Shown: positions 1 through 13,812 of the stretch, piece by piece
Numbering within the stretch: position 1 is the stretch's first letter
Layout of the letters: the number at the start of each line of letters is the position of its first letter
Position numbers and translations under genes: made by a program
Notes under the pieces: model-generated
The model's database searches: none
What the model saw: the letters and a program-made list of their open reading frames with translations, nothing else
Told to the model about the DNA's origin: nothing
Origin: Podarcis bocagei
Taxonomy: Eukaryota
Reading direction: 5' to 3' (one strand)
NCBI GenBank assembly: GCA_964188305.1
Contig: OZ076896.1
DNA length: 64,000 nucleotides

Positions 1-3000
1 TCTGCTATTCAGATCTTGTAAACTGGAAGATTCAACAGGCCACATTTTGCTTGGCAAGTTACAGTTAACAGGTCTAAAATGAAACATTCAGTGAATCAGT
101 TAAATGAAGGACTAGGACTTAAGTCCCTTCCAATATGGTTAGCCACCACCCAATTTTGTGGGGCAAGAAAATTTCCTTTGGTGCACTTTTTTGTTTGCAA
201 TTTGCAAATAAAAGGGTAGTCCTTGTAAGACAATGTTCTGACAACTGAATACAGTCCACAAATCTTAGCCATGCACTGCATACAATTTTCCTTCTGGAAA
301 CAATGACAAGAAAACAACTGGGAAATAAAGTGTCCCAGAAGTGTATTGAAGTTTGCCATTGGGATTTCTTTACTATCCTACCCAATGCTACCATACTGGG
401 GAAGTAAAATGCAACATTCTTTTGTTTTTTCTTAGACAAACAGCCAGGGAAAGTTCAAGAAATTTTACTTCACTCTACCATTGGAAAGCCCTATAATATT
501 TTAGGTGAGCACAACACAGACACACCTATGTAAATGGCTGATTTCCTCAAAACAAGTACTCCATGTTTAAATATGACATTATCTGGCATATTTTTGCTTA
601 CCTTTCATAGTCAAAAGACTCAAGGAAAAAACATATCAACAAAGTTTTATGATGAGGGATTAATAAGATATTGGGCAACTTGAAAAATCACTCCAAAATT
701 ATGATTAAACTTTGTTTGATACCTTCTTGTAGATACTCAAACCATATGGGCTATTTTTGTATTATGCCGAACACAATATAGTTTCTAGGGAATGATATAC
801 TAAAGTTAAAAGGCAGATTCAATTTTTAAACTCCCATAAAGCAGACATCCTGTGAGGTAGGTTAGGAAGGGCATGTTTGCTCTGATGCTAACAGATGTTC
901 AACATAAATTAAAATTTGTATATAGTTTAAGCAAATTAAAATGGGATTGGAGCCTTGATTACAGTTAATTTTAATATATTATTCAAGTTTGGATTTTATA
1001 AGACCGCTGCACAATCTAGCACACTGATAATGTAAAGGACACTTCATCACATCTCATATGGTGTGTGATCAAATGGTTTTAATCAAAGTTAAGAAATTAT
1101 CACCAAAGGTGAAATCCAAAAAAAAGAAAGAAAGAAAGAAACACATTTGGGCGTTCCTTCTCATATCATTCAATTCTTCAAGGAAATGTTTAAAGGCCTG
1201 GAATTTTCTCCTCAGCAGTTCTGAGGAATTTCAGTGAGAGTCAGAAGATTTTCAGTCAGATGCACAAAATTTTGCAGGTCCCCCCCCCCCCGCCCCCAAA
1301 GTAGTCTGCCTCTCTGGTGCAAGAAACAGATGGTTTGAATCTTATTGAAAACACAATAGTCTTGGGGTTGCTTTAAGCAATTTATTAGATAATTCAAATG
1401 CCACCCTCCCCAAATCACATTGGATATCGCCATAGTGAGTTGTAAATGGGGTGTTTAAAGGCTTTCGTGGATACCAACCTGGCCCTTGTAGCTTGCTAGT
1501 TTGCTTCTTATTTTTAAAATAACACAGGCATAACTAGTAGAAATAAAAGCCTATTTTAGATAGGTATTTTCTAGCACTGGAAAAATTAATCTGAGAACTA
1601 CATAGTCCGTAGCTTTTGCTTTATCTTACATGCACAGAACTGAGGGGGAAATACTGTAACCCTAATGAAACAGCTTTTTTAATGAAAATGATTACGTTGT
1701 AGGTAACCAAAGAATATTAATATAATATATATTAGAGATGTAATTGCTTCAGTACTTCAGGATACTTAATGCTCTCCATCCTTGGTTATGTTAATAGCAT
1801 AGCTCAGTGACATAGAGTTGAGAGAGCAATATAAGGCACCTTCATATATTCCTAGAACACTTCAGTTTTGCTTAATTCCAATATAAGAAGGCACAATTTC
1901 TTCTTATTTGCATGTAGTAGGCATAAACAGTAAGCAACAGTCCTGTATCTACCACAATAATTGTCTTTCTTTGTGGATAAATCTAGCATTTGGACAGTAA
2001 ATTATGAGAGCACAGATTTAGCACCAATGTCAATGAGCAAATCGGTGTTTCCTGTTCTTGCTAGTATATCATGACAACAGCAGAAACAACAATACCCCTG
2101 GAAATTGAGCTAAGATGGGTATGCAGAAACAAATGTCTGTGCAGGAAACACCAAGGGATAAAAACAAAGCAATATGGATGTTATAATGTTATATTATCTA
2201 TTTCGATCACAACCAAAATAGAATTTGTGCTCTTGTTTGGGGGCTTCCCAAAACCATCCAGCTGTCCACTGACAGAACAAAATATCCAACTAGATAAAAC
2301 TTTTAACTTAGCAAGTTTCTTGCTGTAAATTTCTATTTCTCCCTTATGGAGATGCTCCCTTGGGAATGGAAATCTGGTACTACCTAACCCTGGTTTCCTG
2401 GTAGCACACTTTGGGATGAAGAGGCTATTTCATGGAATGTTCAAGACTGAATAGCTGCAACAGTGACAATGGCATCATCTAAAGAGACATTTCCTTTTAT
2501 TACTACTCCAGAGCCTTCACCAGTCAAAACCTCCTTTATTAAGATTTATTATGTATCATGAAACATGCACAACTGTTTTCCTGCTCCCTCTCCATCAGTT
2601 TTTGTTGTTGTTGTTCCTCTCTATTCATTTTTCCTGTTGTATGATGTCTGTAGATTATGAAAGCAGCGAAGGTGTCGCTTTTTCATTTTTGTGTTGGGTC
2701 TAGAACACTTTAGGCATTTCATTAATAATCACCATGAGTTTATCATATGATACTGCTACAACATTCACATAAAACACTTATGTGAAAATAAGTCCCATTC
2801 TACTCAGGAGGGCATTCTTTTGAGAAGATATATTGTAGGACAGGCGATTTATGTGGATCCTTACCATAAAATTCCATGGAAAAAGCAACTCCTGCAAGGT
2901 TTAAAGGGCACCACAATCAAAGGAAATTTTAAGAGTGATATTTTGGCAATATAATTTTTTTAAGTGCTATTTTTCTCCGGGAAAGGAGCTGCTGTTATTG

Positions 3001-4053
3001 CTCTTTCAGCAGAATGCTAAAAATTTGGAAAAACTGGTTCAGAGCTTCAAACACTCCCAGGACTAATGAAGTTTTGCTATTGATTTGTATCTTATCTAGT
3101 AAAAGCTTTATTTAATAAGGAGAACTTGGTTTATATTAAGCAGACATTTTATGTCTTTTGATTAGGAACTTGGGTCATTAGTGTCACAACAGCGATCAGC
3201 AACTTTTTCTTCTTATTAAAAAGACGAGCATTTTTACTTCACTCTGTAGACACACTGCCAGAGTTTACTCATTTATTTTAGTGTGTTTTTCCCTGGGATG
3301 ATCAATAGACACAAAGATAATTTCTCTTGTGACCACTTTTAAGGATGTTGTAAACCTTCTCTTCCTTTACCTCTGTTCATTATTCTTTGTCCCACAGTTA
3401 ACATAGTTGTGTAAGTATCTTAACCTATCCCCTTCATACTTCATTAGAAATAAACTGCAAACACTATAACAAAAATGGCCGCTTTTCTGCTATTGTTTTA
3501 CATTTTTAAATAAAGCAAGTTCCCTATATTAATCACCATCATTGTCATCATTATAATTCATAGCAATGTTTTTTTAAAATAAGAAGAAGAACGAACGAAT
3601 AAAAGTGTGTCCAACGCTGCCATTCTGCTTGCACAAAACTCTTCTGTATATCCGATGGAATTCTCCTATCCTCTTCCGTCCCCAGCAGCCATCCCCCCAC
3701 ACTCTCAAAATGTCTCTTCTGGAGCATATCTGAGAGTGCACAACAAGAAGAGAGGAAGCGGATGTCCTATTGCTCAAGTGGAACTCTACTCAAGCAGCAC
3801 TAGATACAACCCAGATCCTGTTTTAAAGACTGTAAAACCAAACAGTCGAGAATCAGGTGAAATGGTGTTGTAGTTGAGGGCTAAAACAGAGAGAAATTTA
3901 GCTTCAACTCCAACCCCCTGCTAGGCCAGAGACAAGCAAATATGCCTACACATCAACCCAGCCACACCCTGAAAGTGAATAGGAAGGACTTCCCACATCA
4001 CCTCCCTCCCAGGGCCCTACAATTCTTGGTTGATGAAGCGAGTCAGGCTGAGA

Positions 4054-4308
4054 GAGAGCCAGTGTGTTGTAGTGGTTAAGAGCGGTAGTCTCATAATCTG
4101 AGGAACCGGGTTTGCGTCTCCGCTCCTCCACATGCAGCTGCTGTGTGACCTTGGGCTAGTCACACTTCTCTGAAGTCTCTCAGCCCCACTCACCTCACAG
4201 AGTGTTTGTTGTGGGGGAGGAAGGGAAAGGAGATTGTTAGCCACTTTGAGACTCCTTCGGGTAGTGATAAAGCGGGATATCAAATCCAAACTCTTCTTCT
4301 TCTTCTTC
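4054..4308 (+). mobile_element. tRNA-derived squamate SINE (Squam3-like) with (TCT)n tail
   Basis: tRNA-like head GAGAGCCAGTGTGTTGTAGTGGTTAAGAGC with A/B-box-like segments, CORE-like TGTGACCTTGGGCTAGTCAC, ends in CTCTTCTTCTTCTTC; ~255 bp. Confidence 0.7.
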
Positions 4309-6995
4309 AGAGGCAGCCCTCATCCCACTCACGGGTCATTCACTCCTTAGGTGCAGTCCTCAGACACTGTCAATCACCCCAAAAGGAGCTTCAGAGGGTC
4401 TCTAAGCTGCCCTATCATGATCTCCTTCCCACACCTTCTTGCCACAAAAGGGGGTCAAATATCAGTTTAGACCTTCTTTGCCCCACTGCCGAGAATAAGC
4501 TCATGCAAAATCCTCTGCAGGCCCCCCAAGAATATTTCATTTCCAGTTTCCAATGGGCAGATGTCATCAGCACTGTATAGTTCAACCCTATCATGCCACA
4601 CTTCAGGATTATGTAAAGCACGAAGAAAACAGAATTAAAAATGAAATACAGGATCTGCTGGTTCACTTTTTTATGTGCCCTGTTTATTGCTCTTGGGTCC
4701 CCCTCACAACTACACTTGGTCAGGCAAAATATCAGATCACAATAACAGAACTTCTGGCCAATGCTGCTTAAGAACCTGAAAGTGATGACCAGCCTGTAAA
4801 TTCAGGGCCTTGGCCTTGCCTTCCATGTGTTTTAAATGTCTGGTGTGTATGGCTTTATTTTAAGGACAGTAGTTAAAGGCTCAGTATGTTATCTCAGGCA
4901 GCAGGGGCTGGAGGAAAGGGAGATAATCGGGTTAGAGGATGCTGTCCGGTTGCCAGTGCTGAAGATTCATCTACCAGTTTAGTCAGTTCATATACAAAGA
5001 ATGGGAGCGACATCTTGTCCTTCACCCTAGGAGGTGAAACAGGCCCTGCCTATACTAGAGTGTGCAGGAAAAAAAGAATTATTCTGGATCTGGGGCCAAT
5101 TCTTCCACATAATAGCACAGCTAGAAATAGCTCTCCCATGAGTGAAAGAGACTTTCCAACAGTGGAAACAGCACCTTTGGGCCCAACCCAAACAGCAAAT
5201 GCTGTTCGCTCAAAGTCCAAATAGCAGATCTGGCTTCAGAGCAGATATCCCAGTCCAAATCATAAACTCAGGTGCTAAATCAGGACTAGGAGAAAAGCAC
5301 TGCTTCTTACCTCTTCTTGGGTGCCTTTGCTATTGCCACTTCTGATTTAGGGATGCGCCAGTCACCATCCGGATGCCAGCCTAAGGTCAGGAGACATTGT
5401 AGTAATCTGAATGTATCCAAATGCCCATCAGCCTGCTAAAGGCAAATGACTAAAACACTCTGAATGGTGAGCAATATAATCTCTTACTCATGTGGCTGCT
5501 TTGCTATGAGCCCTACGCCAACTTTTTGTCTATTTTCATTACTGTGAACTAATCCCTTTCAAAGTAATTGCTCTGTTCTCCATTAGGGAGAGACGTGCCA
5601 GCAACGGAGCTCAACAATTAACACTGGCATTAAACAAAAAAACCCAAAAACTTCAAACAGTCTGAAGTTCAGAACTAGGAGAACTCTTGGGCCTTTGTGA
5701 TAAAGAAGATTGTCATAGTCTACTTATTGTCCAATAAAGTATTCTGTAAAGAAGAGGAATTCTGGCACAGTGAAGCGTTGAGATGCTAGAAGGCAACATA
5801 GCAAATGAAACAGATTTACTTGAAAGCAGATCTTGGGATATTTCAATGGAGCTGGCTCCCAAGAAAATATGCTTGGTATCAGAGCCTTAGTTGAATAGTT
5901 AAGTAACTATGGAAGGTAATCATTATTTAGTGATATTCTTTGGCAGTGGAGTAGAAAATCCTACATTTTATCAGCATCTCTTTCTTTCCCATACCTAGGG
6001 TATGAAACTGAGTCTTAACTATAGCCAAAAAGAAATGTCTGTAGACTCTTATATTAAATTATATAAATAACAGAATTAATATCAGCTATTTGTTGCAATG
6101 TTGCAATTTGTTGTTTAGAAAATGTGTTTCAGAAAGAACACAGTCTGGTAATCTTCAAAGATCACTTTATGTTTGTAATAACAAAGGCATTGTAATGTAT
6201 GCATTTATAATAAGCTTGTGTATTTTACAATATAATTTGTGGTTGTAATAATATTCAGTATGCTGTTCAGCAAGTTGGAAGGCATATACGGAAATGGAAA
6301 CTGTCTCATACTGAATAACTTCTGGTTTTTCTGAAATAATCCTCAAGTGTTGGGTGTTTGAAATCATTTCTTCAGATATCTGTCTTTCTGTGAGTGCCTA
6401 TCAAAGGTGTTGACACAGTATCACCCAGTAATCCAGAGGCTTATCATCAAATTCCACACAAAACTCATTTCAGTGATGTGGCAACAGTTTGAAGGTCATA
6501 ATAATCTCTGAAGGTCAATTTCCTGATGCATGGTTCAGAGCTTTTGCTACACGCAGGGGTGAACTTGGCGTTTTGCTGCAGACTACTTCAATCAGGAGCT
6601 AACTTGTGAATAATCAAGAAGTACTTCACAAATACTTCTAAGCTCCACTTTCCTAATCCAAAGGTGTGATAGGGTGCAGCCAACCATGGTAATTCAACTT
6701 GGAACAAGTTATTATCAGATAGAAAACACGATGGGAGGCTGAAAGGTGCTGGGCTCTTTAAAGACTTCAAATGCTCTCACCAATAGAATATGCACTTTTC
6801 TGTTTGTCCCTTTCCCATAAATGCTTTTCTGTGGCACAGCTGAGTAGCAAGTTCAAAATCCAGTAAGCAAATTAGGGGGTGGAAAGCAGCACTCGGCAAA
6901 ACTATCCTATAGTTGTTTCATTATCACAGACAATCGGGTGACATGGTGGAGGGGAGTTCGCACACATAGCAAAAGCATGCACACGCAAGCTAATT

Positions 6996-7000
<5 letters not shown>

Positions 7001-7070
<70 letters not shown>
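7001..7070. repeat. compound (CT)n(CA)n microsatellite
   Basis: directly visible. Confidence 0.98.
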
Positions 7071-7072
<2 letters not shown>

Positions 7073-7289
7073 CCAGCCCAGAGTTTAAATAAGACACATG
7101 ACATCAGAATTGGGTTGAATAAGGCCACAACATTATTGACTACAGACGTAAACTGGTTTGGGCAAAGGCATTGAGTATGTATCCGGTATCAAGGAACCTG
7201 TCTGTTGGTTGAGCAGTAAGGTGGGTCGACCCTGACATACGTCAAGTGGAACAATCTCAACAGGGTCACCACTCAGAAGGTTTTATGGT

Positions 7290-7580
7290 CCATCAGTCCC
7301 TATATGGCACTTTCTTGATCTCCTGCGCTCAGGCAAAAGATATAGAAGCATGATTAGTTGCACCGACAGGGTAAAGAACAGCTTCTATCCGTGGGCTGTG
7401 TTAGGCTGCTGAATGAAAAGATAACAACAGGGCAACTGACTTTCGGGTTTGGTGGGTGTGCGTCAGTAAACAAGGGGAATTAAGACTAAGAGAGCTGAGT
7501 GGGGGGTTCTCGTGTAATCTCACTGTATACAAGTTGTACAAGTGACAATAAAGTATTTCAATTCAATTTCAATTTCAATA
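7290..7580 (+). mobile_element. Rex1/Babar-clade LINE 3' fragment
   Basis: 7321 onward translates as LRSGKRYRSMISCTDRVKNSFYPWAV..RLLN, matching the Rex1-type C-terminal motif LPSGRRYRS..T.R.KNSF.P.A.RLLN; then AATAAA and a (TTCAAT)n tail; 5' boundary uncertain. Confidence 0.65.
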
Positions 7581-7699
7581 TGGACTTCCAGACAAAGCAA
7601 ATATTTCATTGACTCCTTTATCAGGCTACTCAATGTCTAATGATCCAACCCAATGCCTTATATCACCTCTGTGGGGCACAAGCTTGGGCAGCATATATG

Positions 7700-8330
7700 G
7701 AAGTTCTGGGCTGCCCAGACAACAAGACCCCACTCTCAGCCTTGGTGATGTGGTTCAAAGGAAAGGAAAGCAATACATTTGGCACTAGCTTGGCTTCAGG
7801 AATTTCCACAAGGAGGCGTACAAGATGCCATCCAACCATCTTAGGGACTCCTCTCTGGAATTTTCCAGGGTTTACTCCTTGGTCTTTTCTTCTCCTGAAG
7901 ATGTCCCACAAGGCATCAGGAACAGATTTTCCATCAGGGTTTGCTCCTGAAGGCTTCCTCACAAATGAGAGTAGCCACAAGGTGGTGGAGATTTAGGAAC
8001 AGAGCTCTCCATCTCCTAGATGGTTGACTTTCCCACGTTGACAAGCCCCATCTGCCCCTCATTTCTCACTACAGCATATGCAGAAACTGCCTTTTTGGCC
8101 ACTGGACTTATTATTAGCCTCATCCACTCAATCCGTCAGAGCCAGTTTCACATGCAGGGGAAGTTCCTACCTCACTGAGGGTTTGAGACCCATCAGAAAC
8201 CCTCACCTGGTTTAGCCAGTTGGTGGAAGTCGATTCCAGGCATGTGGCTACTATCGCATGCTGACAGCTTCTAGGAACCACAGGTGAGAGCTAAGTACAG
8301 AGGACCAAAGGTGGACAAACTAACATGGAA
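7700..8330 (-). mobile_element. probable RTE-clade LINE 5'-region fragment (degenerate)
   Basis: minus strand carries CATCTAGGAGATGG..., GGAGCAAACCCTGA..., GGAGTCCCTAAG motifs that resemble recalled RTE-1 5' regions; boundaries approximate. Confidence 0.4.
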
Positions 8331-8932
8331 GGAGAATGACATGTCACCACCAGAGATACTACTCTTCCCCTAACATCTCATACACCCCAGCCTCAGGCTA
8401 CATCAATAGCATTCAAATAAATTTATGTTTACATTTACCAGAATCTGTTTAAACTGGTTCCTTGAGACCTACTTTTTGAAAACTTAACTTCACTGTCTTG
8501 AGTAATCTTTATTCAATTATTCATATACCATACAACATATAGCTATTTGTAATGTGTCTCTCATTAATACATGGTGATAGGAAAGGATATTGTGCATAAA
8601 TCATGTGCCATTCCTGATCTGAAATGTCTCCTTCCATCTCTATTTAAACCATGGCAGCCCTTTTCATGAGTTCTGGAATCCTCAGTTCCCAGGATTTCTG
8701 CTGATTCCCACTTCTCCTTGCAGACTATAGTGCTCCCTGAATAATTGCTCTGGCTGAACAGTACAAGAATGGGGATGGGAAAACTGGTAAAAGTCATCTT
8801 CTTCCCCTTCTGCCAGCAGGAAAATCCAGGCATCAAAGGCCCTTCCACAAATTATCCAAGTCCATTTCAATAATATCACAGGACCAAGAAAGTCAAGGCC
8901 TAACCCCAAGAAGGCAAATTCTAGCTGCTGAA

Positions 8933-8999
<67 letters not shown>
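8933..8999. repeat. (AAT)n microsatellite
   Basis: directly visible. Confidence 0.98.
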
Positions 9000-9385
9000 G
9001 CATGTGGATACCTCTTTGATCAAACTAAACTGCTCGTGAGTCATGACCCACTACAGTGGTTAAACAAAGAAGTTTTGTTTCAGCAAACTGTCAGTGTGAG
9101 ATCACTACAATAATGTTATCAGCCGACAGAGCAGGCCAAGTGTCTGTTAGAAAAAGGATTCACGGAATATATATGAGATGAGGAGATTGCTTTCTGTTCC
9201 ATGGTTATAGAATTGTGCTATTTTCTTTTTTTATTCTTTTCCTTTTGTTGTTTATATCTGGGCGATGTTCTGGTAAATGAGCTTGGCTGTGACCAGTGTA
9301 TCTCATTACAATGATAGCTATAGTATTTTGGAGGTCTTCCTCACATTAGATGACTGGCAGATTAATAAGTCCCTTCTATTGTTTT

Positions 9386-9736
9386 GGGACGTGGGTGGCG
9401 CTGTGGGTTAAACCACAGAGCCTAGGACTTGCCGATCAGAAATTCGGTGGTTCGAATCCCTGCAACGGGGTGAGCTCCCGTTGCTCGGTCCCTGCTCCTG
9501 GCAACCTAGCAGTTTGAAAGCACCTCAAAGTGCAAGTAGATAAATAGGTACCACTTCAGCGGGAAGGTAAATGGCGTTTCCGTGCGCTTCTCTGGTTCAC
9601 CAGAAGTGGCTTAGTCATGCTGGCCACATGACCTGGAAGCTGTATGCTGGCTCCCTTGGCCAATAAAGCGAGATGAGCACCTCAACCCCAGAGTTGGTCA
9701 CGACTGGACATAATGGTCAGGGGTCCCTTTACCTTT
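9386..9736 (+). mobile_element. Sauria SINE
   Basis: GGGACGTGGGTGGCGCTGTGGGTTAAACC head, B box GGTTCGAATCCC, 3' GGGTCCCTTTACCTTT tail; homologous to five other copies in the window. Confidence 0.92.
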
Positions 9737-10066
9737 TTATTATCTGTTTTAGATCTTCTTACATTTTTATAGGGTTTTTTAAAAAAATCTTAACCTTCAT
9801 TTTGTAAGCCACCCAGAGAACTTTGGTAATGGCATGACAACAATCATAAAAGGCAGTACAGCAGCAGAGGTCTCAACTTTTTAATTTTTTAAAATAGAAA
9901 ACATTGCAAACTAACAAATTTTATCTTATCTCCACTTCCCAGTAGCAAGCACAAATAGCAAAGTCTTGCATCTTTCCCAAAAGATGCTTTCATCTGGGAA
10001 GAGAAAGGAGCACACAGTTTCTAGGGCAGCCACCAAAAATGTGCCCCTGAGTTTGTTATGTTCTAA

Positions 10067-10416
10067 GGTGGCGCTGTGGGTTAAACCACAGAGCCTAGGA
10101 CTTGCTGATCAGAAGGTTGGCAGTTTGAATCCCTGCGGCAAGGTGAGCTCCCGTTGCTCGGTCCCAGCTCCTGCCAACCTAGCAGTTTGAAAGCACAAAG
10201 TGCAAGTAGATAAATAGGTACCACTCCGGCGGGAAGGTAAACGGTGTTTCCATGTGCTGCTCTGGTTCGCCAGAAGCAGCTTAGTAATGCTGGCCACATG
10301 ACCCGGAAGCTGTCTGCAGACAAACGCCGACTCCCTCGGCCAATAAAGCGAGATGAGCGCCACAACCCCAGAGTCGGTCATGACTGGACCTAATGATCAG
10401 GGGTCCCTTTACCTTT
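10067..10416 (+). mobile_element. Sauria SINE
   Basis: near-identical to 9386-9736, slightly 5'-clipped, ACCTTT tail. Confidence 0.92.
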
Positions 10417-10779
10417 ATAAGTTGGTGTTCAGATGGTGTTGCTAAGAGGACACCCAACTGAATTGAACAAGCTCAAGTTTGAGTTTACGTTATGGTGTTG
10501 AGGGTGGCAAAGGAGGCTTACTTCTCCATCTCCACTGTAGCCTCAGTTTGCCACCCAGAGCTGTTCCCGATGGTGAAGAGCTATTACACACAGGCCCTGC
10601 TGAGATGGTAGACTCATCCAAATCCCACTGTCACACATTAGCAAGTCTTTTTTTTTGGGGGGGGGGGGATAATAGCACTGGGATTTTGACTCCGCTTTTT
10701 GGAGCAGATGATTCTGACGAGGTGTCTGGGTCTCTTTCTTGTCTTAAATCATTGGACAGATTTCAGGCACTATATATTT

Positions 10780-10845
10780 CATAGAATCATAGAATTGTAG
10801 TGTTGGAAGGGACCATGAGGATCATCTAGTCTAACCCCCAGCAAT
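10780..10845 (-). mobile_element. CR1 LINE extreme 3' end fragment
   Basis: CATAGAATCATAGAAT (reverse complement of the CR1 ATTCTATG terminal repeat) followed by GTTGGAAGGGACC...ATCTAGTC. Confidence 0.65.
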
Positions 10846-10889
10846 TCCCATTAAGAGTCTCATGCTCTGCTAACTCACTATGATACTGC

Positions 10890-11130
10890 TTTAAACAATC
10901 ATGACTTTCCCGCAAAGAATCCTGGGGACTGTAGTATGTTAAGGGGGCTGAGAGTTGTTAAGAGACCTCTATTCCCCTCAGAGAGCTACAATTCCCAGAG
11001 GAAGAGGATCTGATTGTTAAACAACTCTGGGAATTATAGTTCTGTGATGGAATAGGGGTCTCCTAACAACTCTCAGCAACCTTAACATACTACAGTCCCC
11101 ATGATTTTGAGAGGGAGCTAGAACTTTAAA
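10890..11130. mobile_element. palindromic foldback MITE
   Basis: long imperfect inverted repeat: GGGGACTGTAGTATGTTAAG...CTACAATTCCCAGAG pairs with CTCTGGGAATTATAG...CTTAACATACTACAGTCCCC; related partial copy at ~14870-15060. Confidence 0.7.
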
Positions 11131-11149
11131 TGTTTGGGGCCCCACTTGT

Positions 11150-11400
11150 TGTGGTCTGAGGACATGGACAAGGTGCTCGATCAGGTTTGTGCAACTACTT
11201 GCATCTTGAATCCCTTCTCCTCTTGGTTTATGATATTAGGAAGGGCTGGGACAGCCAGTTGAGCCAAAGGGGTAATTAATGCTTCTCTTCAAGAGGTAGT
11301 GGTCCTGGGCTGCCTGAGAGAGGTGGTGGTAAGACTCTTGAAGAAATCTACTCTGCATCTGGAAATGTCCCCTTTGTGGGCAAGGTCTTTGAGTAGTTGC
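11150..11400 (+). mobile_element. degenerate L2-clade RT fragment
   Basis: reads TCIL.PFSSW...VINASLQE...LREVVVRLLKK, resembling L2 ORF2 (INASL.EG.FP..LKEAVV.PLLKK). Confidence 0.5.
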
Positions 11401-13570
11401 CAACCAAATCCAAGTAGGTTAAAGAGTCTGAAAATCTGTTTGGCCTATGGTAGCCTTTATTATGTTGGGAGTCCCTAGATGCCCAAGGCCACAATGGTCA
11501 CAGATGTGTGATGTTTCTAATCTTTTAGGTTTTGAAGCCAGAATGTTGGTTCCTGCCCACTTCCATCTGATGAAAATCATGGAGAGTGGTAATGAAATGT
11601 AGAGTTCTGTGTCTCCAAAGCCATGTATATGGCTTTTTAAAAATTCTCTACAGCGCATGCTAAGGAAACCTTCTTTCAATAAATGAATGTAATAACAAGA
11701 AACCACAGCATTTATTTGAAAATCCATGCTTTTAGCATGGCTTTTATACAGCTTAAATGTTTAAAATAATAGAATGAAAGTAGCTTCATGTTTAAGTTTA
11801 CTGTCCAAATCATTAGGTCATAGTAAAAGAAGCTTGTAAACTATCTGATAAATATTCTCTCTGGCTGCCTACTTGAGAAAACAGCAATATCAACAAAAAT
11901 CCTTAATCATTTTTATCAAGATATATTTTGTGCAATTTAGTGAGTGGGCGGGGAAGCAATCCTGTGTTGAAAGTAAATGTTCAGTAAATGTTCCTTTCCT
12001 CTAATTTCTAGGCTTTCTTACCATAAAATACATGAGCACAATTACCCAGGGAATTGATAAAGTAATAACACTAACAATTGGTGTTCAGTAGATAAGATAC
12101 AGAGTACACAAATGTATCAGATTTCACCTTTGAGATGTTTTAATGGCAACATTTAGCAGTTTCTTTACAGGCGTACTGGAGTTGTATTATATGGGCAAGT
12201 CAAATCATTTTTAAATGGTACTTTAATTTGCATTTTGAACTGATCTCACTCCCCAAGCACTAAAAGGTTGCAGAGTAGCTCATGTTCAAGATCAGCCTTC
12301 AAAAATGTAACCTTCATTTTTTTATGGTTTAAAACAATTTTAAATAACAAAGCTGTTCAAAGTAATTCATCTTCAAACATGTCAAGATTCTTTAAAGTGA
12401 AACCACTTCTAGTAATAGTCATTTTCAATTACAAATTAACTTTGATTTGTTGCCCTTCCTGTCATTGGCATTTGACTGGAATGAATAACAGTGGCCTATA
12501 AATTACAAACTCAAAGCTAAGCCTTGCAATCCATTATGGATATTCATTAAACAGAAACGGACTTTCAATTTAACTCTTAACATATACAATCGGCATTGTG
12601 AATAAAAGCCAAACTCAACACCAACTGCTTTATCTCATCTGTGAAGGATCTCTTTTCATCTCAGGAAAGGAGATTAGAATAGAATGTATGTTCCTGGTAA
12701 TTTAGGCTTTTATAATATTCAGTACATAAATAAGTCTATCTCAGGGACGAGCCCTGAAAGAAAACACTCATGTGCACTCATGTATGCGCGCTTTGTCTCA
12801 TTGATCCAAATGGTCTTGGGATTTTTGCCTATGTATTTTCCTAGTGCACCCGTGTCTCTAAACATCTGCTACTCTCATTAGCACTTCCTTTACTATCAAG
12901 CCTTCTAGCACGCTCTCTCTCAGTCTCCGGAGTATCTCCTGAACCTCCTGTTGTTGTTGTTTTGCAGAATCTATCTCACAAAATAACCCCATGTACAAAT
13001 ATGTACTTTGAGTTCTCTTTGGTTCCAAAGAAATCTCTGCTACTCTTTCCAGATGTTGGTGCTACAACTTTTGATTTCATATCTGGAGCTTAACATTTAG
13101 CTTAGAAATGAATTTTTACAATTTGATTAGCATGTGACACTTTTGCTTTCTTCTGTAGCATTTATTTGACAGGTTATGTGTGGGCTGTTGAATGCACAAA
13201 ATGATTTTTAGGGCTGTGCAATATCCACCCCAATTTGTTTGGGACCCAGTTCTGTTATTCAGATCTGGGTCACAGCAGTGGTGGACCTTGGGGTCTCAAA
13301 TTTCGGTGGTGCCCTGTCTCTCGCCTTCCAGTCTACTTCACATTTGTGGCACCCCCTGAGACTCTGCACCCACTGTGACTGCACTTGTTGCGCTCCTCTA
13401 AATCTGCTTCTGGTCACAGTTTGGATCGATTCAGGCTCAATCCAACCCTATTCAGAAATCTGAATCTTTGGTGATCCCACTGACTTGTATTGGGGAACCA
13501 AATGGCCATAGCCTTTCATTTTTGCTTATAAAGGTAGTTTTGCATTAGCTACCTTTAAAATTTGCTTATA

Positions 13571-13812
13571 CAGTGGTACCTTGGGTTAAGTACTTAATTC
13601 GTTCCAGAGGTCCATTCTTAACCTGAAACTGTTCTTAACCTGAAGCACCACTTTAGCTAATGGGGCCTCCTGCTGCTGCCGTGCTGCCGGAGCACGATTT
13701 CTGTTCTCATCCTGAAGCAAAGTTCATAACCCGAGGTAATATTTCTGGGTTAGCGGAGTCTGTAACTTGAAGCATATGTAACCTGAAGCGTATGTAACCT
13801 GAGGTACCACTG
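13571..13812. mobile_element. Tc1/mariner-superfamily (pogo/Tigger-type) MITE, family A
   Basis: TA|CAGTGGTACCTTGGGTTA ... TAACCTGAGGTACCACTG|TA: TIRs plus TA TSD; 242 bp. Confidence 0.9.

Noticed and set aside
8682-9044. ORFs with poly-Tyr, (IY)n, (SFFL)n, poly-Ile or poly-Met runs here and at 15846-16105, 18590-18875, 47363-47747
   Set aside because: Translations of microsatellites
9386-9470. tRNA gene (A/B boxes, GGTTCGAATCCC)
   Set aside because: It is the tRNA-derived head of a Sauria SINE; the same applies to the other SINE heads
13276-13412. Small hAT-like MITE flanked by GGTCACAG direct repeats
   Set aside because: TIRs are too degenerate and the boundary is off by one base, so I did not call it
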